A stretch of DNA of 64,000 bases from Elusimicrobiota bacterium. GTDB lineage: Bacteria > Elusimicrobiota > Elusimicrobia > FEN-1173. Shown one piece after another: positions 47,018 through 55,767 of this stretch. Position 1 is the first letter of the stretch. Each line of letters opens with the position of its first letter. The position numbers were made by a program, and so were the translations under genes. The stretch covers positions 704,810 through 768,809 of the forward strand of contig JADKIY010000001.1 in the NCBI GenBank assembly GCA_016722575.1, in the 5' to 3' direction. The notes beneath the pieces were generated by a model. The model searched no databases. It worked only from the letters and a program-made list of their open reading frames with translations, and had not been told where the DNA came from.

Positions 47018-47061
47018 GGTATCCATTCAGCGCACTGCGCGGGAATTCGAGGGAGGGCATC

Positions 47062-48012
47062 ATGAGGCGGAAAATCAGCGTCATCGGAGCGGGAAACGTC
47101 GGGGCCACGTTGGCTCAGCGGTTGGCGGAAGCGGAGTTGGGCGATGTGGTGATGGTCGACATTCCCCAAACCGAAGGCATGCCGGCGGGGAAAGCCCTCG
47201 ACATTTTGCAGTCCGGCGCGGTGTACGGCTACGACAGCCGAGTGACCGGCGCGACGGACTACGCCCCGACGGCCGGGTCCGACGTGGTGGTGATCACGGC
47301 GGGCATTCCGCGAAAGCCCGGCATGAGCCGCGACGATCTTTTAAACACCAACGCGGGCATCGTGAAAGCGGTGTCGGCCCAGGTCGCGGCGCACTCGCCC
47401 CAGGCCATTGTCATCGTGGTGTCGAACCCCTTGGACGCCATGGCCCACGTGGCGCTGCGCACCACGGGGTTCCCCAAAAACCGGGTCATCGGCATGGCGG
47501 GGGTGTTGGACTCCGCCCGCATGGCCACCTTTTTAGCGGAAGCCTTGGGAGTGTCCGTGGAGGATATTCAGCCGACGGTGCTGGGCGGCCACGGAGACAC
47601 CATGGTCCCCTTGGCGCGTTACACCACGGTGGCGGGCGTGCCGGTCACCGAGCTGCTGGCGAAAGACAAGTTGGAAGCCATTTTGCAGCGCACCCGGGAC
47701 GGCGGCGCTGAAATCGTTAAATTGCTCAAAACGGGTTCCGCCTATTACGCGCCCTCGGCGAGCGTGGTGGCGATGGTCAAGTCCATCCTGCTCGATAAGA
47801 AACGGATTCTGCCCTGCGCGGCCTATTTGGAGGGCGAATACGGGGCGCGGGGTCTTTTTGTGGGCGTCCCGGTCAAGTTGGGCGCCCGGGGCGTGGAACA
47901 GGTTCTACAGCTTTCCTTGACGGCGGAGGAGTCGGCGGCTCTTCAAAAGTCCATCGCCGCCGTTCAAGAGTTGGTGGACGTTTTAAAAAAACAGAACATC
48001 GTCACTTCGTAG
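47062..48012 (+). CDS. mdh: Malate dehydrogenase (LDH-like NAD-dependent MDH family)
   Basis: [11 protein letters not shown] Rossmann motif and LDH/MDH catalytic region. ATG 47062 has a strong Shine-Dalgarno sequence. The track start at 47014 is upstream of the ribosome-binding site. Confidence 0.88.
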   Translation: MRRKISVIGAGNVGATLAQRLAEAELGDVVMVDIPQTEGMPAGKALDILQSGAVYGYDSRVTGATDYAPTAGSDVVVITAGIPRKPGMSRDDLLNTNAGIVKAVSAQVAAHSPQAIVIVVSNPLDAMAHVALRTTGFPKNRVIGMAGVLDSARMATFLAEALGVSVEDIQPTVLGGHGDTMVPLARYTTVAGVPVTELLAKDKLEAILQRTRDGGAEIVKLLKTGSAYYAPSASVVAMVKSILLDKKRILPCAAYLEGEYGARGLFVGVPVKLGARGVEQVLQLSLTAEESAALQKSIAAVQELVDVLKKQNIVTS

Positions 48013-48045
48013 ACGGCGGCGCCCCACGCGGCGCGCCCGGGGAGA

Positions 48046-48330
48046 ATGGGCATGAGCACGGAAACCGTCCAGTGCGGCAAGCGGGAATACACCTTGGAAT
48101 GTCAAATCACCAAGAACGGCCATCGGTTCCTGATGATCACGGAACGCAGTTTCGGCCGGATGTCCAAGGTGATGGTTTTTCAGGATCATTACCAAGCTTT
48201 CCGGGAAGCCCTGGACCGGGTTTGCCAATCCGCCCCGGGTCCCGCCGGCGAGGCCGACGGGTCCTGCCCACGGGAGGCGTCCCCCCTCGGGGCGGCCCCG
48301 GCCGAGGTTCCCCAGCCGACGTTGAGTTGA
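48046..48330 (+). CDS. Small conserved protein, possibly a PUR-like nucleic-acid-binding repeat protein (DUF3276-like)
   Basis: CGKREYTLECQITKNGHRFLMITE resembles a PUR-type repeat. The start may be the second ATG at 48052. Confidence 0.45.
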   Translation: MGMSTETVQCGKREYTLECQITKNGHRFLMITERSFGRMSKVMVFQDHYQAFREALDRVCQSAPGPAGEADGSCPREASPLGAAPAEVPQPTLS

Positions 48331-48407
48331 CCCCTCCGCGTCTCTCCGGACCGGGCGAGACCGGGGCGAAATTGCTACACTGACCCGCGCGTCCGACGAC
48401 GCCTTCC

Positions 48408-49232
48408 ATGCTTGTCGCCATCGACATCGGAAACACCAACATCACGCTCGGCGTTTTTCCCGCCGATCCGGCGGTGGCCCGTCCCTCGGGCCGTCCCTCC
48501 CCCCCGAAAGCCGTCCACACCTGGCGCCTCTCCACCCGCGCCCACCTGACCGTCGACGACTACGGCCCGTCTCTCCTTTCCTTGTTGAAAAGCGCGGGCC
48601 TCGGTCCGGGCGGGTTCGCCGGCGTGGCCGTGGCCAGCGTGGTCCCGGCGTTGGACCCCGTGTTTCGCGAAGTGTCCGCGCGCTATCTGGGCCGGGAAGC
48701 CCTCTTTGTGGGCCCCGATGTGCTGACCGGGGTGCGGGTCCTTGTGGACGCTCCGGCCGAGGTGGGGGCCGATCGTATCGTCAACGCCGCGGCCGCCTTC
48801 GACCGGAAGCGGCGGGCCTGCATCGTGGTGGATTTCGGCACCGCGACGACCTTTGATTGCGTGTCCCCGCGGGGGGAGTACCGCGGCGGGGTGATCGCCC
48901 CGGGGCCGGTGATGGCCGCCGAGGCTTTGGCCCGGCGAACCGCCAAACTGCCGCACTTGGGCGTTTTCCGCCGTCCCGTCCGGGCCCTGGGCACCAACAC
49001 CCTGGACAGCATCGCCTCGGGCCTTTACCACGGCTACGTGGGCCTCACCCGGGAAATTTTGCGACGACTCGTCCGTGAAATGAAAGGCCGGCCGGCCGTT
49101 TTGGCCACGGGCGGCCTCGCCCCCTTGATCGGTCCCGAAATCGGGGATATAAAAGAGATTGTACCGGACCTGACTCTGGAAGGGCTGTGGTTGATTTGGC
49201 GGTTGAATCAAGGAAAACGCCGCGGGACGTGA
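48408..49232 (+). CDS. coaX: Type III pantothenate kinase
   Basis: MLVAIDIGNTNITLGVF N-terminus and ASKHA fold motifs (GADRIVNAAAA, TATTFD). Confidence 0.85.
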   Translation: MLVAIDIGNTNITLGVFPADPAVARPSGRPSPPKAVHTWRLSTRAHLTVDDYGPSLLSLLKSAGLGPGGFAGVAVASVVPALDPVFREVSARYLGREALFVGPDVLTGVRVLVDAPAEVGADRIVNAAAAFDRKRRACIVVDFGTATTFDCVSPRGEYRGGVIAPGPVMAAEALARRTAKLPHLGVFRRPVRALGTNTLDSIASGLYHGYVGLTREILRRLVREMKGRPAVLATGGLAPLIGPEIGDIKEIVPDLTLEGLWLIWRLNQGKRRGT

Positions 49233-49259
49233 GTCCCGCGACAAACCCGGGAGGGCACC

Positions 49260-50207
49260 ATGCGATTGACGAGTTTAAAGGCGGTTCCCATGGCGGCGCT
49301 AATGTTGGCCGCCGGGACAACGTTGCACGCGGCGAACGCGGACGCCGATCTCTACATCGACGGCGGGACGCTGGCCCACTGGTTCAGCGAGCAATTGTCC
49401 AACGCCAGCGCCTTTAGCGCGGCGGGTTCCCTGCCCCGCCCCGGGGTCGTGCACGACCTGTTGGGCGTCGAAGTCGGTTTGTCCGGCGCGGTGACGTCGA
49501 CGCCTTTGGACGTGGACGGTTTCCACGGACTGCCCTTGACCCGTTACGATGGAACCACCGTTGACCTGCCGAGCCGCCTGTTGATGCCGGTGCCGGTGTT
49601 TCACGTTAAAGTGGGGGTGCCGGGGGGGTTCGACGTCGGCCTTCGCTTTGGGTCCGCCAATTCCAACGAGAACACCAACGACGCGAAAAGTGAATTTAAG
49701 AATCGGGTGGTCGGCGTGGAAGTCCGTCGGCGGCTGTTGGGCGGCGGTTTGACCGGGGTGGCCCTGCCGGACGTGGCCCTGGCGGTCTCCTACGACCGTT
49801 CCACGGGAAAAGTGGATCGGACGGAAGTCTACAACGGTCCCCTGAGCGGGGGCGGTTCCTTGAACGCCACGACCCGATGGAAATCGGATTGGAACACCTC
49901 CGCGCTGGCCCTCCGGGCCACGGCGTCCAAGACGTTGTTGATGTTCACGCCCTATCTGGGGGTCGGTTACGCCAAATACATGGGCGACACCGACACCTCC
50001 ATCAACATCGCCGGCACCGTGTCGGACCCCGCGCCCACGGCCATCGACCAAACGTCGACGGCCAAGGCCAAACCCCGTTCGGGGGAGGCGCAGGTGACGG
50101 GCGGCGTGGAAATCGCCTTCTTCCCGCTGGTCCATTTGAATCTGGGCGGCGTGGTCGGCCAAAAAAATTGGGGCGCCAACGTCGGGTTGGTGGTGGGTTT
50201 TCGATAA
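49260..50207 (+). CDS. Outer-membrane beta-barrel protein (signal peptide plus alternating amphipathic strands)
   Basis: Signal peptide MRLTSLKAVPMAALMLAAGTTLHAANA, glycine/aromatic-rich alternating strands, and a C-terminal GLVVGFR. Confidence 0.6.
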   Translation: MRLTSLKAVPMAALMLAAGTTLHAANADADLYIDGGTLAHWFSEQLSNASAFSAAGSLPRPGVVHDLLGVEVGLSGAVTSTPLDVDGFHGLPLTRYDGTTVDLPSRLLMPVPVFHVKVGVPGGFDVGLRFGSANSNENTNDAKSEFKNRVVGVEVRRRLLGGGLTGVALPDVALAVSYDRSTGKVDRTEVYNGPLSGGGSLNATTRWKSDWNTSALALRATASKTLLMFTPYLGVGYAKYMGDTDTSINIAGTVSDPAPTAIDQTSTAKAKPRSGEAQVTGGVEIAFFPLVHLNLGGVVGQKNWGANVGLVVGFR

Positions 50208-50220
50208 GACCGGATTTTAA

Positions 50221-50262
50221 AAGCCCCCTTCCCCGTCCCGGGGAGGGGGGCTTTTTTTTAAG
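50221..50262. terminator. Bidirectional rho-independent terminator shared by the convergent OMP (+) and def (-) genes
   Basis: GCCCCCTTCCCC-gtccc-GGGGAGGGGGGC hairpin followed by T8 on the plus strand. On the minus strand the def stop codon lies in the run and is followed by TTTTAAAAT. Confidence 0.6.
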
Positions 50263-50779
50263 GGCGGGGGGGTTGTTTTCGGCGGAACAGATCCGTTTTA
50301 AGGTTGGAAACCCGGTCGAGGAACAGTAGACCGTCCAAATGGTCCATCTCGTGCTGAAGGGCGACGGCTTCGAACCCTTCGGCGTCGATGGCGATGGGGG
50401 AACCGTCGCGGTTAAGCGCTTCCACCCTTACGGCGGCCGCGCGACGGACGTCCGCCAGGAATTCCGGGATGGACAAGCACCCCTCCCGGAAAACCAATTC
50501 CCCTTCCCGTTTTACGATTCTTGGATTGACGAGCGCCAGGAGGCCGTGTCCCTTGATGGGGGGGTGTCCTTTTCGGGGGGGATAGCGCGTCGCGTCCACC
50601 ACCACCGCCCGCGTCAGAGCGCCGATTTGGGGCGCGGCCAATCCCACCCCGGGCGAGGCGTAAAGGGTGTCCGTCAGGTCCGTTAAAAGAGCGGCCAGGG
50701 CCGCGTTCACGACGGGGGCTTCCGCGCAGATTTTTTTTAACCCTTCGTCGGGGAAGAGCAGGATGGGGCGAACGGCCAC
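50258..50779 (-). CDS. def: Peptide deformylase
   Basis: GVGLAAPQIG, EGCLSIP and HEMDHLDG motifs. Confidence 0.9.
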   Translation of the reverse strand: MAVRPILLFPDEGLKKICAEAPVVNAALAALLTDLTDTLYASPGVGLAAPQIGALTRAVVVDATRYPPRKGHPPIKGHGLLALVNPRIVKREGELVFREGCLSIPEFLADVRRAAAVRVEALNRDGSPIAIDAEGFEAVALQHEMDHLDGLLFLDRVSNLKTDLFRRKQPPRP

Positions 50780-50789
50780 GAGGAAAAGA

Positions 50790-51326
50790 CTAAAGGGCCG
50801 ACGCGGCCAGAGGTTTGACTTGAACGGTGACGCCCCAGGCGGCGGCGCCGTCCCGGAGGGCGGATTGAAGGGATTCCGGGGTCAAACCCCGCGGCAATTC
50901 CCCCTCGATGTAGAGGATGTACCCGGCGCTTTTTCCGGCGCCCGTTCGGTGGGTCGATAAATCGGTGATGTTGACCTTGGCCCGGGCCAATCGGTCCGTG
51001 ACGTGGTACACAATGCCCGGGCGATCGGCGCCGTAGACCGACACCAACACCCCTTCTCCGCCGGATTTGGGGGACCGTGTTTCCCGGCCCGAAAGCGCTT
51101 TGACGTGGGTCACGAGCCCGGTTTTCTTTCCAAGACGTTTTAGCGTTTTTTCAAGCGGGGCCGTCGAGACCGGGCCGGAGAAAATCAGAAGGATGGCGAA
51201 TTCGCCCTGAAGCCGGGTCATGGCGCTGTCTTCCAAATTGCAACCGTGGTCGAACAAGGAGTGGGTCACGGCGGCCACGAGCCCCGGGCGATCGCCGCCG
51301 GCGGCGGTCAATAAATAGCGTTTCAT
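50790..51326 (-). CDS. Tandem ACT-domain protein (GcvR-like glycine cleavage system regulator family)
   Basis: Two GDRPGLV / GADRPGIV ACT signatures. Lies upstream of def on the same strand. Confidence 0.65.
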   Translation of the reverse strand: MKRYLLTAAGGDRPGLVAAVTHSLFDHGCNLEDSAMTRLQGEFAILLIFSGPVSTAPLEKTLKRLGKKTGLVTHVKALSGRETRSPKSGGEGVLVSVYGADRPGIVYHVTDRLARAKVNITDLSTHRTGAGKSAGYILYIEGELPRGLTPESLQSALRDGAAAWGVTVQVKPLAASAL

Positions 51327-51407
51327 GGGATTTTTTTACCACATTCCCGTCGGAGAAGCAACCGCGTCCTCTGGAACGTTCCCCCAAAAGGGTACAATGG
51401 GTTTTCC

Positions 51408-53432
51408 ATGATTTCCGGTTGGATTGAAAAACTTCGAAAAGCCCTCGGCGACGACGCCGTGCGGACCGCGCCCGGGGACCTCTTCGCGTACGCCTTCGAC
51501 GCGGCGCTGGAAAAAAGGCTGCCCGGCGCCGTCGCCCTGCCCCGCACCGCCGAGGACGTGGCGCTCGCCGTCCGGATCGCCGTGGACCACGGCGTGCCGT
51601 ACGCCGCCCGGGGCGCCGGCACGAACCTCTGCGGCGGCGCCGTTCCCGCGACCGGCGGTTTGGTGATCCATTTGGCCCGGCTGAACCGCGTCTTGTCGAT
51701 CGACCGGGACCGTCGGCGCGCCTGGGTCGAGCCGGGCGTCGTCAACCTCCACCTCCACAAACTCCTGGCCCCGCTGGGGCTCTTTTACGCCCCGGACCCC
51801 GCGAGCCAGAAGGCCTGCACGCTGGGCGGCAACGTCGGGACCAACGCGGGAGGCCCCCACTGTCTGAAATACGGCGTCACGACCACCCACGTCACGGGCC
51901 TGGAGATGGTTCTGCCCGACGGGACGCCGGGGCGTTTCTCCATCGACGACCCCGGGTTCGACCTTCCGGGGTTGCTCGTGGGGTCCGAGGGGACTCTGGG
52001 CGTCGCGACGAAGATTGAATTGAATCTGATGCCCGCGCCGGAAGCGGTGGAGACCTTTTTGGTCGCCTTTCCCTCCATGGAGGCGGCGGCTCAAACCGTG
52101 ACCGACACGATCTCCACCGGCATCGTGCCCGCGACCTTGGAAGTCATGGACCGCCTCACCGTGGACGCCGTGGAGGCTTTCGTCGGCGCGGGCTATCCCC
52201 GGGGGGCCGAGGCCGTTTTGCTGATCGAGTTGGACGGCCCGCGGGCGGTGATCGCCGAAGAAGGAGAACGCGTTCGCGCGATTTGCCGGAAAAACGGCGC
52301 GACGGAATTCCGCCGGGCGGCCAACGAACGCGACCGGGAAAAATTCTGGGAAGGCCGCCGGGGGGCTTACCCCGCCATGGCGCGCCTGGCGCCGAACGTG
52401 CTGGTGGAAGACGGCGTCGTCCCCCGCACCCGCCTGCCGGAGGCCGTCCGCCGAGTTCGCGCCATCGCCGACCGGGAGAAACTGCGCATGGGACTCATTG
52501 CCCACGCCGGGGACGGGAACCTCCACCCCAATTTAATTTTCGACGAGCGGGATCCCGCCGAAACCCAGCGCGTCAAAGCCGCCGGCCACGAAATGCTTCG
52601 GGTGTGCGTGGAGTTGGGCGGGTCCATATCCGGGGAGCACGGCATCGGCCTGGACAAGCGGGAGGCCATGCGTTGGTTGTTCACCCCCCCCACCCTGGAC
52701 CTTTTTCGGCGCCTCAAAACCGCGTTGGACCCGGCGGGCCTCTGCAACCCGGACAAGCTCATTCCCGCGGCGGACCCGGCGTCGGTCGCCGTCGAACTCC
52801 CCGTCGAAGAAAACGAGGTGTTGAACGCGACGATCTCCTCCGCGGTCCAGGCGCAACAATGGCTGCGACGGGCGGCGGCCGAAAAGCGCCCCGTCACCCT
52901 CGTCGGACACAAGAAGCGTTTGGCGGGGGAGGCGCGGGGCACGCTCCTGGACACGACCGGCCTGTCGGCGGTGGTGCGCCACGACCAAGCCAATTTCACC
53001 CTGACGGTGCAGGCGGGGGCCCTCGTTTCGGACGTGCATCGCCAATTGGCCGCGTCGGGCCAGTTCCTGTATGTTTTTGGCGAGGGCACCCTGGGGGGCG
53101 TGGTTTCGCGCAACGCCGGACGCGGGCCGCGCTTGCGCGATCAGATCCTCGGAATGACCGTCGCCCTGCCCGGGGGGGATCTGGTGGCCCTCGGCGCCCC
53201 GGTCGTCAAAAACGTCGCGGGTTACGACGCCGCCAAATTGTTCATCGGCGCCTGGGGTTCTTTGGGGATGATCATCGATTTGACGTTCCGGCTTCACCCG
53301 GTGCCCGCCCCGGCGGGGGAAGTCTCCGACCCGACCCGCCCCCCTTTTTGGAACGTTCCCGCGCTCGGGACCGTCCGGAACGCCTTCGATCCGGACCATT
53401 TGATGAACCCGATGCTGTTTGAACGCCCATGA
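51408..53432 (+). CDS. FAD-linked oxidase, GlcD-GlcE-like fusion (glycolate/D-lactate oxidase family)
   Basis: N-terminal FAD-binding PCMH domain (AARGAGTNLCGG) with a GlcD-like C-terminal domain, then a second FAD-binding domain resembling GlcE (about 674 aa in total). Confidence 0.78.
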   Translation: MISGWIEKLRKALGDDAVRTAPGDLFAYAFDAALEKRLPGAVALPRTAEDVALAVRIAVDHGVPYAARGAGTNLCGGAVPATGGLVIHLARLNRVLSIDRDRRRAWVEPGVVNLHLHKLLAPLGLFYAPDPASQKACTLGGNVGTNAGGPHCLKYGVTTTHVTGLEMVLPDGTPGRFSIDDPGFDLPGLLVGSEGTLGVATKIELNLMPAPEAVETFLVAFPSMEAAAQTVTDTISTGIVPATLEVMDRLTVDAVEAFVGAGYPRGAEAVLLIELDGPRAVIAEEGERVRAICRKNGATEFRRAANERDREKFWEGRRGAYPAMARLAPNVLVEDGVVPRTRLPEAVRRVRAIADREKLRMGLIAHAGDGNLHPNLIFDERDPAETQRVKAAGHEMLRVCVELGGSISGEHGIGLDKREAMRWLFTPPTLDLFRRLKTALDPAGLCNPDKLIPAADPASVAVELPVEENEVLNATISSAVQAQQWLRRAAAEKRPVTLVGHKKRLAGEARGTLLDTTGLSAVVRHDQANFTLTVQAGALVSDVHRQLAASGQFLYVFGEGTLGGVVSRNAGRGPRLRDQILGMTVALPGGDLVALGAPVVKNVAGYDAAKLFIGAWGSLGMIIDLTFRLHPVPAPAGEVSDPTRPPFWNVPALGTVRNAFDPDHLMNPMLFERP

Positions 53433-54739
53433 CCGACCGCGCCGCGCCCGATCTCGTGACCACCAAAGCGGTTCTCCCCGGTGGGGAGGACCGGCGGTCC
53501 TACGACGACACCCTGCACTGCAACCGGTGCGGGTTTTGCACGTCCTATTGCCCCACCTACCTGGCCACGGGGGACGAAACCCTCTCGCCCCGGGCGCGCA
53601 ATCAGTCGTTCCGGGCCCTGCTCGAAAACCGCCTGGCGCCCGAGGACGCCAAGCGGGCCTTCGACACCTGCTTGTTGTGCGGGATCTGCACGTCGGTTTG
53701 CTTCGCCCAGGTGCCCACGGCCAAGCTCATGTCCGCCGCCCGGGAGAAGGCCCAGGAAACCCTGGGCGCGCCGTTTCTGGCCCGCCTGGTGGTCCGGGGG
53801 CTTCTGCCCCGTCCGCGCCTCTTTGAAGCCTTTTTGAAATGGGTCTACGCGCCCAAACGATGGGGACTCTCGGGCCTCTTGGCCCGTTGGGGAATTTTAA
53901 ACCGGTTGTCTCCGCGTCTGGCGGCGGCCGAGGCCATGGTCGAGGAGGTGCCCGCGCGGTTCCTCCGGGCGGAACTCTCCCCCGCGCCGGTCGACGCCGA
54001 GGCGGTTCAATTCATCGCCTGCGGTCCCAACGTCGTTCTCCCCGAGGTGGGGCGGGCGACGGCCCGGCTTTTAAAGAAAACCGCCGCCCGGTCGGGGGCC
54101 GCGCCCAACGTGTGCTGCGGCCTGCCGGGTTTGAGTTTGGGCGACCGGGAAGGGGCCCGGGCGTTGGCGCGCCAAAACATCGAAATTTTGGAGAGGTATC
54201 CCCAAGCGCTGGTCCTGGTGGACGATTCCTCCTGCGCCGCGACGATCAAGGAATATCCCGCCCTTTTTGCCGACGACGCCCCCTGGCGGGAGCGGGCGGA
54301 GGCCTTGCGCGCGCGAACCCGGGACCTCTTGGAATGGTTGGCCCGGGCCGGGACGCTTTCGCCGGAAACGAAGGGCCCGGTGACCTACCACGACGCCTGC
54401 AAGGCCCGCCAGGGCCAGGGGCTCGTCCAGGAACCCCGGCGCGCCCTGACCGGGGCGGGGGTGGATTGGCGGGAGCTTCCCGAGGCGGACCAATGTTGCG
54501 GCGGTGGGGGGACCTACAGTTTCATCCAGCCGGGGATCTCCCGGGCCGTGGGCGCCCGAAAAATCGATCGGATTCTTTCCACCGGCGCGGGGGTCGTCCT
54601 GACCTCCAGCGTGTCCTGTCTGCTGCAGCTGCGGGCGGGCCTTCGGCGGGCCGGCTCCCGCGTCCGGGCCCTCCACATCGCGTCGTTTTTTTTCCCGGAC
54701 CCTTCGGCTGGTTCTCCGGGGCCCTCCGACGATCTTTGA
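53429..54739 (+). CDS. glcF: Glycolate oxidase iron-sulfur subunit-like (Fe-S)-binding protein with two CCG domains
   Basis: CNRCGFCTSYCP and CLLCGICTSVC 4Fe-4S motifs plus cysteine-rich CCG regions. ATG overlaps the upstream stop (ATGA). Confidence 0.78.
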   Translation: MTDRAAPDLVTTKAVLPGGEDRRSYDDTLHCNRCGFCTSYCPTYLATGDETLSPRARNQSFRALLENRLAPEDAKRAFDTCLLCGICTSVCFAQVPTAKLMSAAREKAQETLGAPFLARLVVRGLLPRPRLFEAFLKWVYAPKRWGLSGLLARWGILNRLSPRLAAAEAMVEEVPARFLRAELSPAPVDAEAVQFIACGPNVVLPEVGRATARLLKKTAARSGAAPNVCCGLPGLSLGDREGARALARQNIEILERYPQALVLVDDSSCAATIKEYPALFADDAPWRERAEALRARTRDLLEWLARAGTLSPETKGPVTYHDACKARQGQGLVQEPRRALTGAGVDWRELPEADQCCGGGGTYSFIQPGISRAVGARKIDRILSTGAGVVLTSSVSCLLQLRAGLRRAGSRVRALHIASFFFPDPSAGSPGPSDDL

Positions 54740-54855
54740 CAGCCCCCCGCCGGTGTGGTAAACTGGCCGACAGCGCGTCGCCCCGAGGGAACTTTCGACC
54801 GGTCGGCGTGTTGAAGTAAGCGATCCCCCTTTTCCCAATCCGAAAGGAGCCTTTC

Positions 54856-55176
54856 ATGGAAGTCCAACTCAGCGACAACGCTTTCGACAAAGACGTTTTG
54901 AAATCCCCCAAACCCGTGCTGGTGGACTTTTGGGCTCCCTGGTGCGGTCCCTGCCGCGTCCTGGGTCCGATCGTCGAAGAGCTCGCCAAGGAATACGACG
55001 GCAAAATCGTCGTGGGCAAGCTGAACACCGACGACAACCCAAACACCGCCTCCCACTACAACATCTCCGCCATTCCGACCATGCTCTTCTTCAAGGGCGG
55101 CCAGGTCGTGGACCAAATGGTCGGCGTCTACTCCAAAAAAGACATTAAAGCCAAGCTCGACGGCCTCCTGAAGTAA
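54856..55176 (+). CDS. trxA: Thioredoxin
   Basis: WAPWCGPCR active site. About 106 aa. AAAGGAG ribosome-binding site. Confidence 0.9.
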   Translation: MEVQLSDNAFDKDVLKSPKPVLVDFWAPWCGPCRVLGPIVEELAKEYDGKIVVGKLNTDDNPNTASHYNISAIPTMLFFKGGQVVDQMVGVYSKKDIKAKLDGLLK

Positions 55177-55181
55177 CCCGA

Positions 55182-55748
55182 TTGAACCGCCGCTTCCTCC
55201 CGCTGGCCGCGTTGCCCCTGTTGTGGCCCGCCCTGGGCGGTTGCGGCCGTCCGGAGCACGGCGGCGGGGCGGTCGCGGCCGACGCGGCGCCCGCCGGCGC
55301 GCCGGTCTTCTCCCTGCCGAACCTGGCGGGGAAAACCGTGTCCTTGGCGGAGTTCAAGGGGCGCGTGGTGTTCCTCGATTTTTGGGCCACCTGGTGCCCG
55401 CCGTGCCGGGCCTCCGTGCCCGAGGTGGAAAAACTCTTTGGCGATTACCGGGGACAGAATCTTCAAATCCTCGGCATGAACCTGGACGAAGACGCCGCCG
55501 ACGTCGCCCGGTTCGTGCAGAAAAAGGGTCTGTCCTACCCGGTGATCCTGGCGGGCGGGTCCGGGGTGGCCGACCTTTACGGGGTCCGGGGGATTCCCCA
55601 TTTCGTGCTCATCGACAAAAACGGCAAGGTGGCCGAATGGTGGGCCGGGTACTCCCCCGACATGCCGGCCGCCTGGCGGGCGGCCATCGACCGACTTTTG
55701 GTGGCGCCCCCCGCCGCGCCGGCCCAGAGCGGTCCCCGCACCTACTGA
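55182..55748 (+). CDS. TlpA-like thiol-disulfide oxidoreductase (redoxin), probable lipoprotein
   Basis: FWATWCPPCR active site. N-terminal signal with LGGC. TTG start. Confidence 0.72.
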   Translation: MNRRFLPLAALPLLWPALGGCGRPEHGGGAVAADAAPAGAPVFSLPNLAGKTVSLAEFKGRVVFLDFWATWCPPCRASVPEVEKLFGDYRGQNLQILGMNLDEDAADVARFVQKKGLSYPVILAGGSGVADLYGVRGIPHFVLIDKNGKVAEWWAGYSPDMPAAWRAAIDRLLVAPPAAPAQSGPRTY

Positions 55749-55767
55749 TTTTTCCCTCGGGACAACC

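Noticed and set aside
51336-52526. 396-aa minus-strand ORF
   Set aside because: Antisense to the GlcD-like FAD oxidase gene, which has clear conserved motifs.
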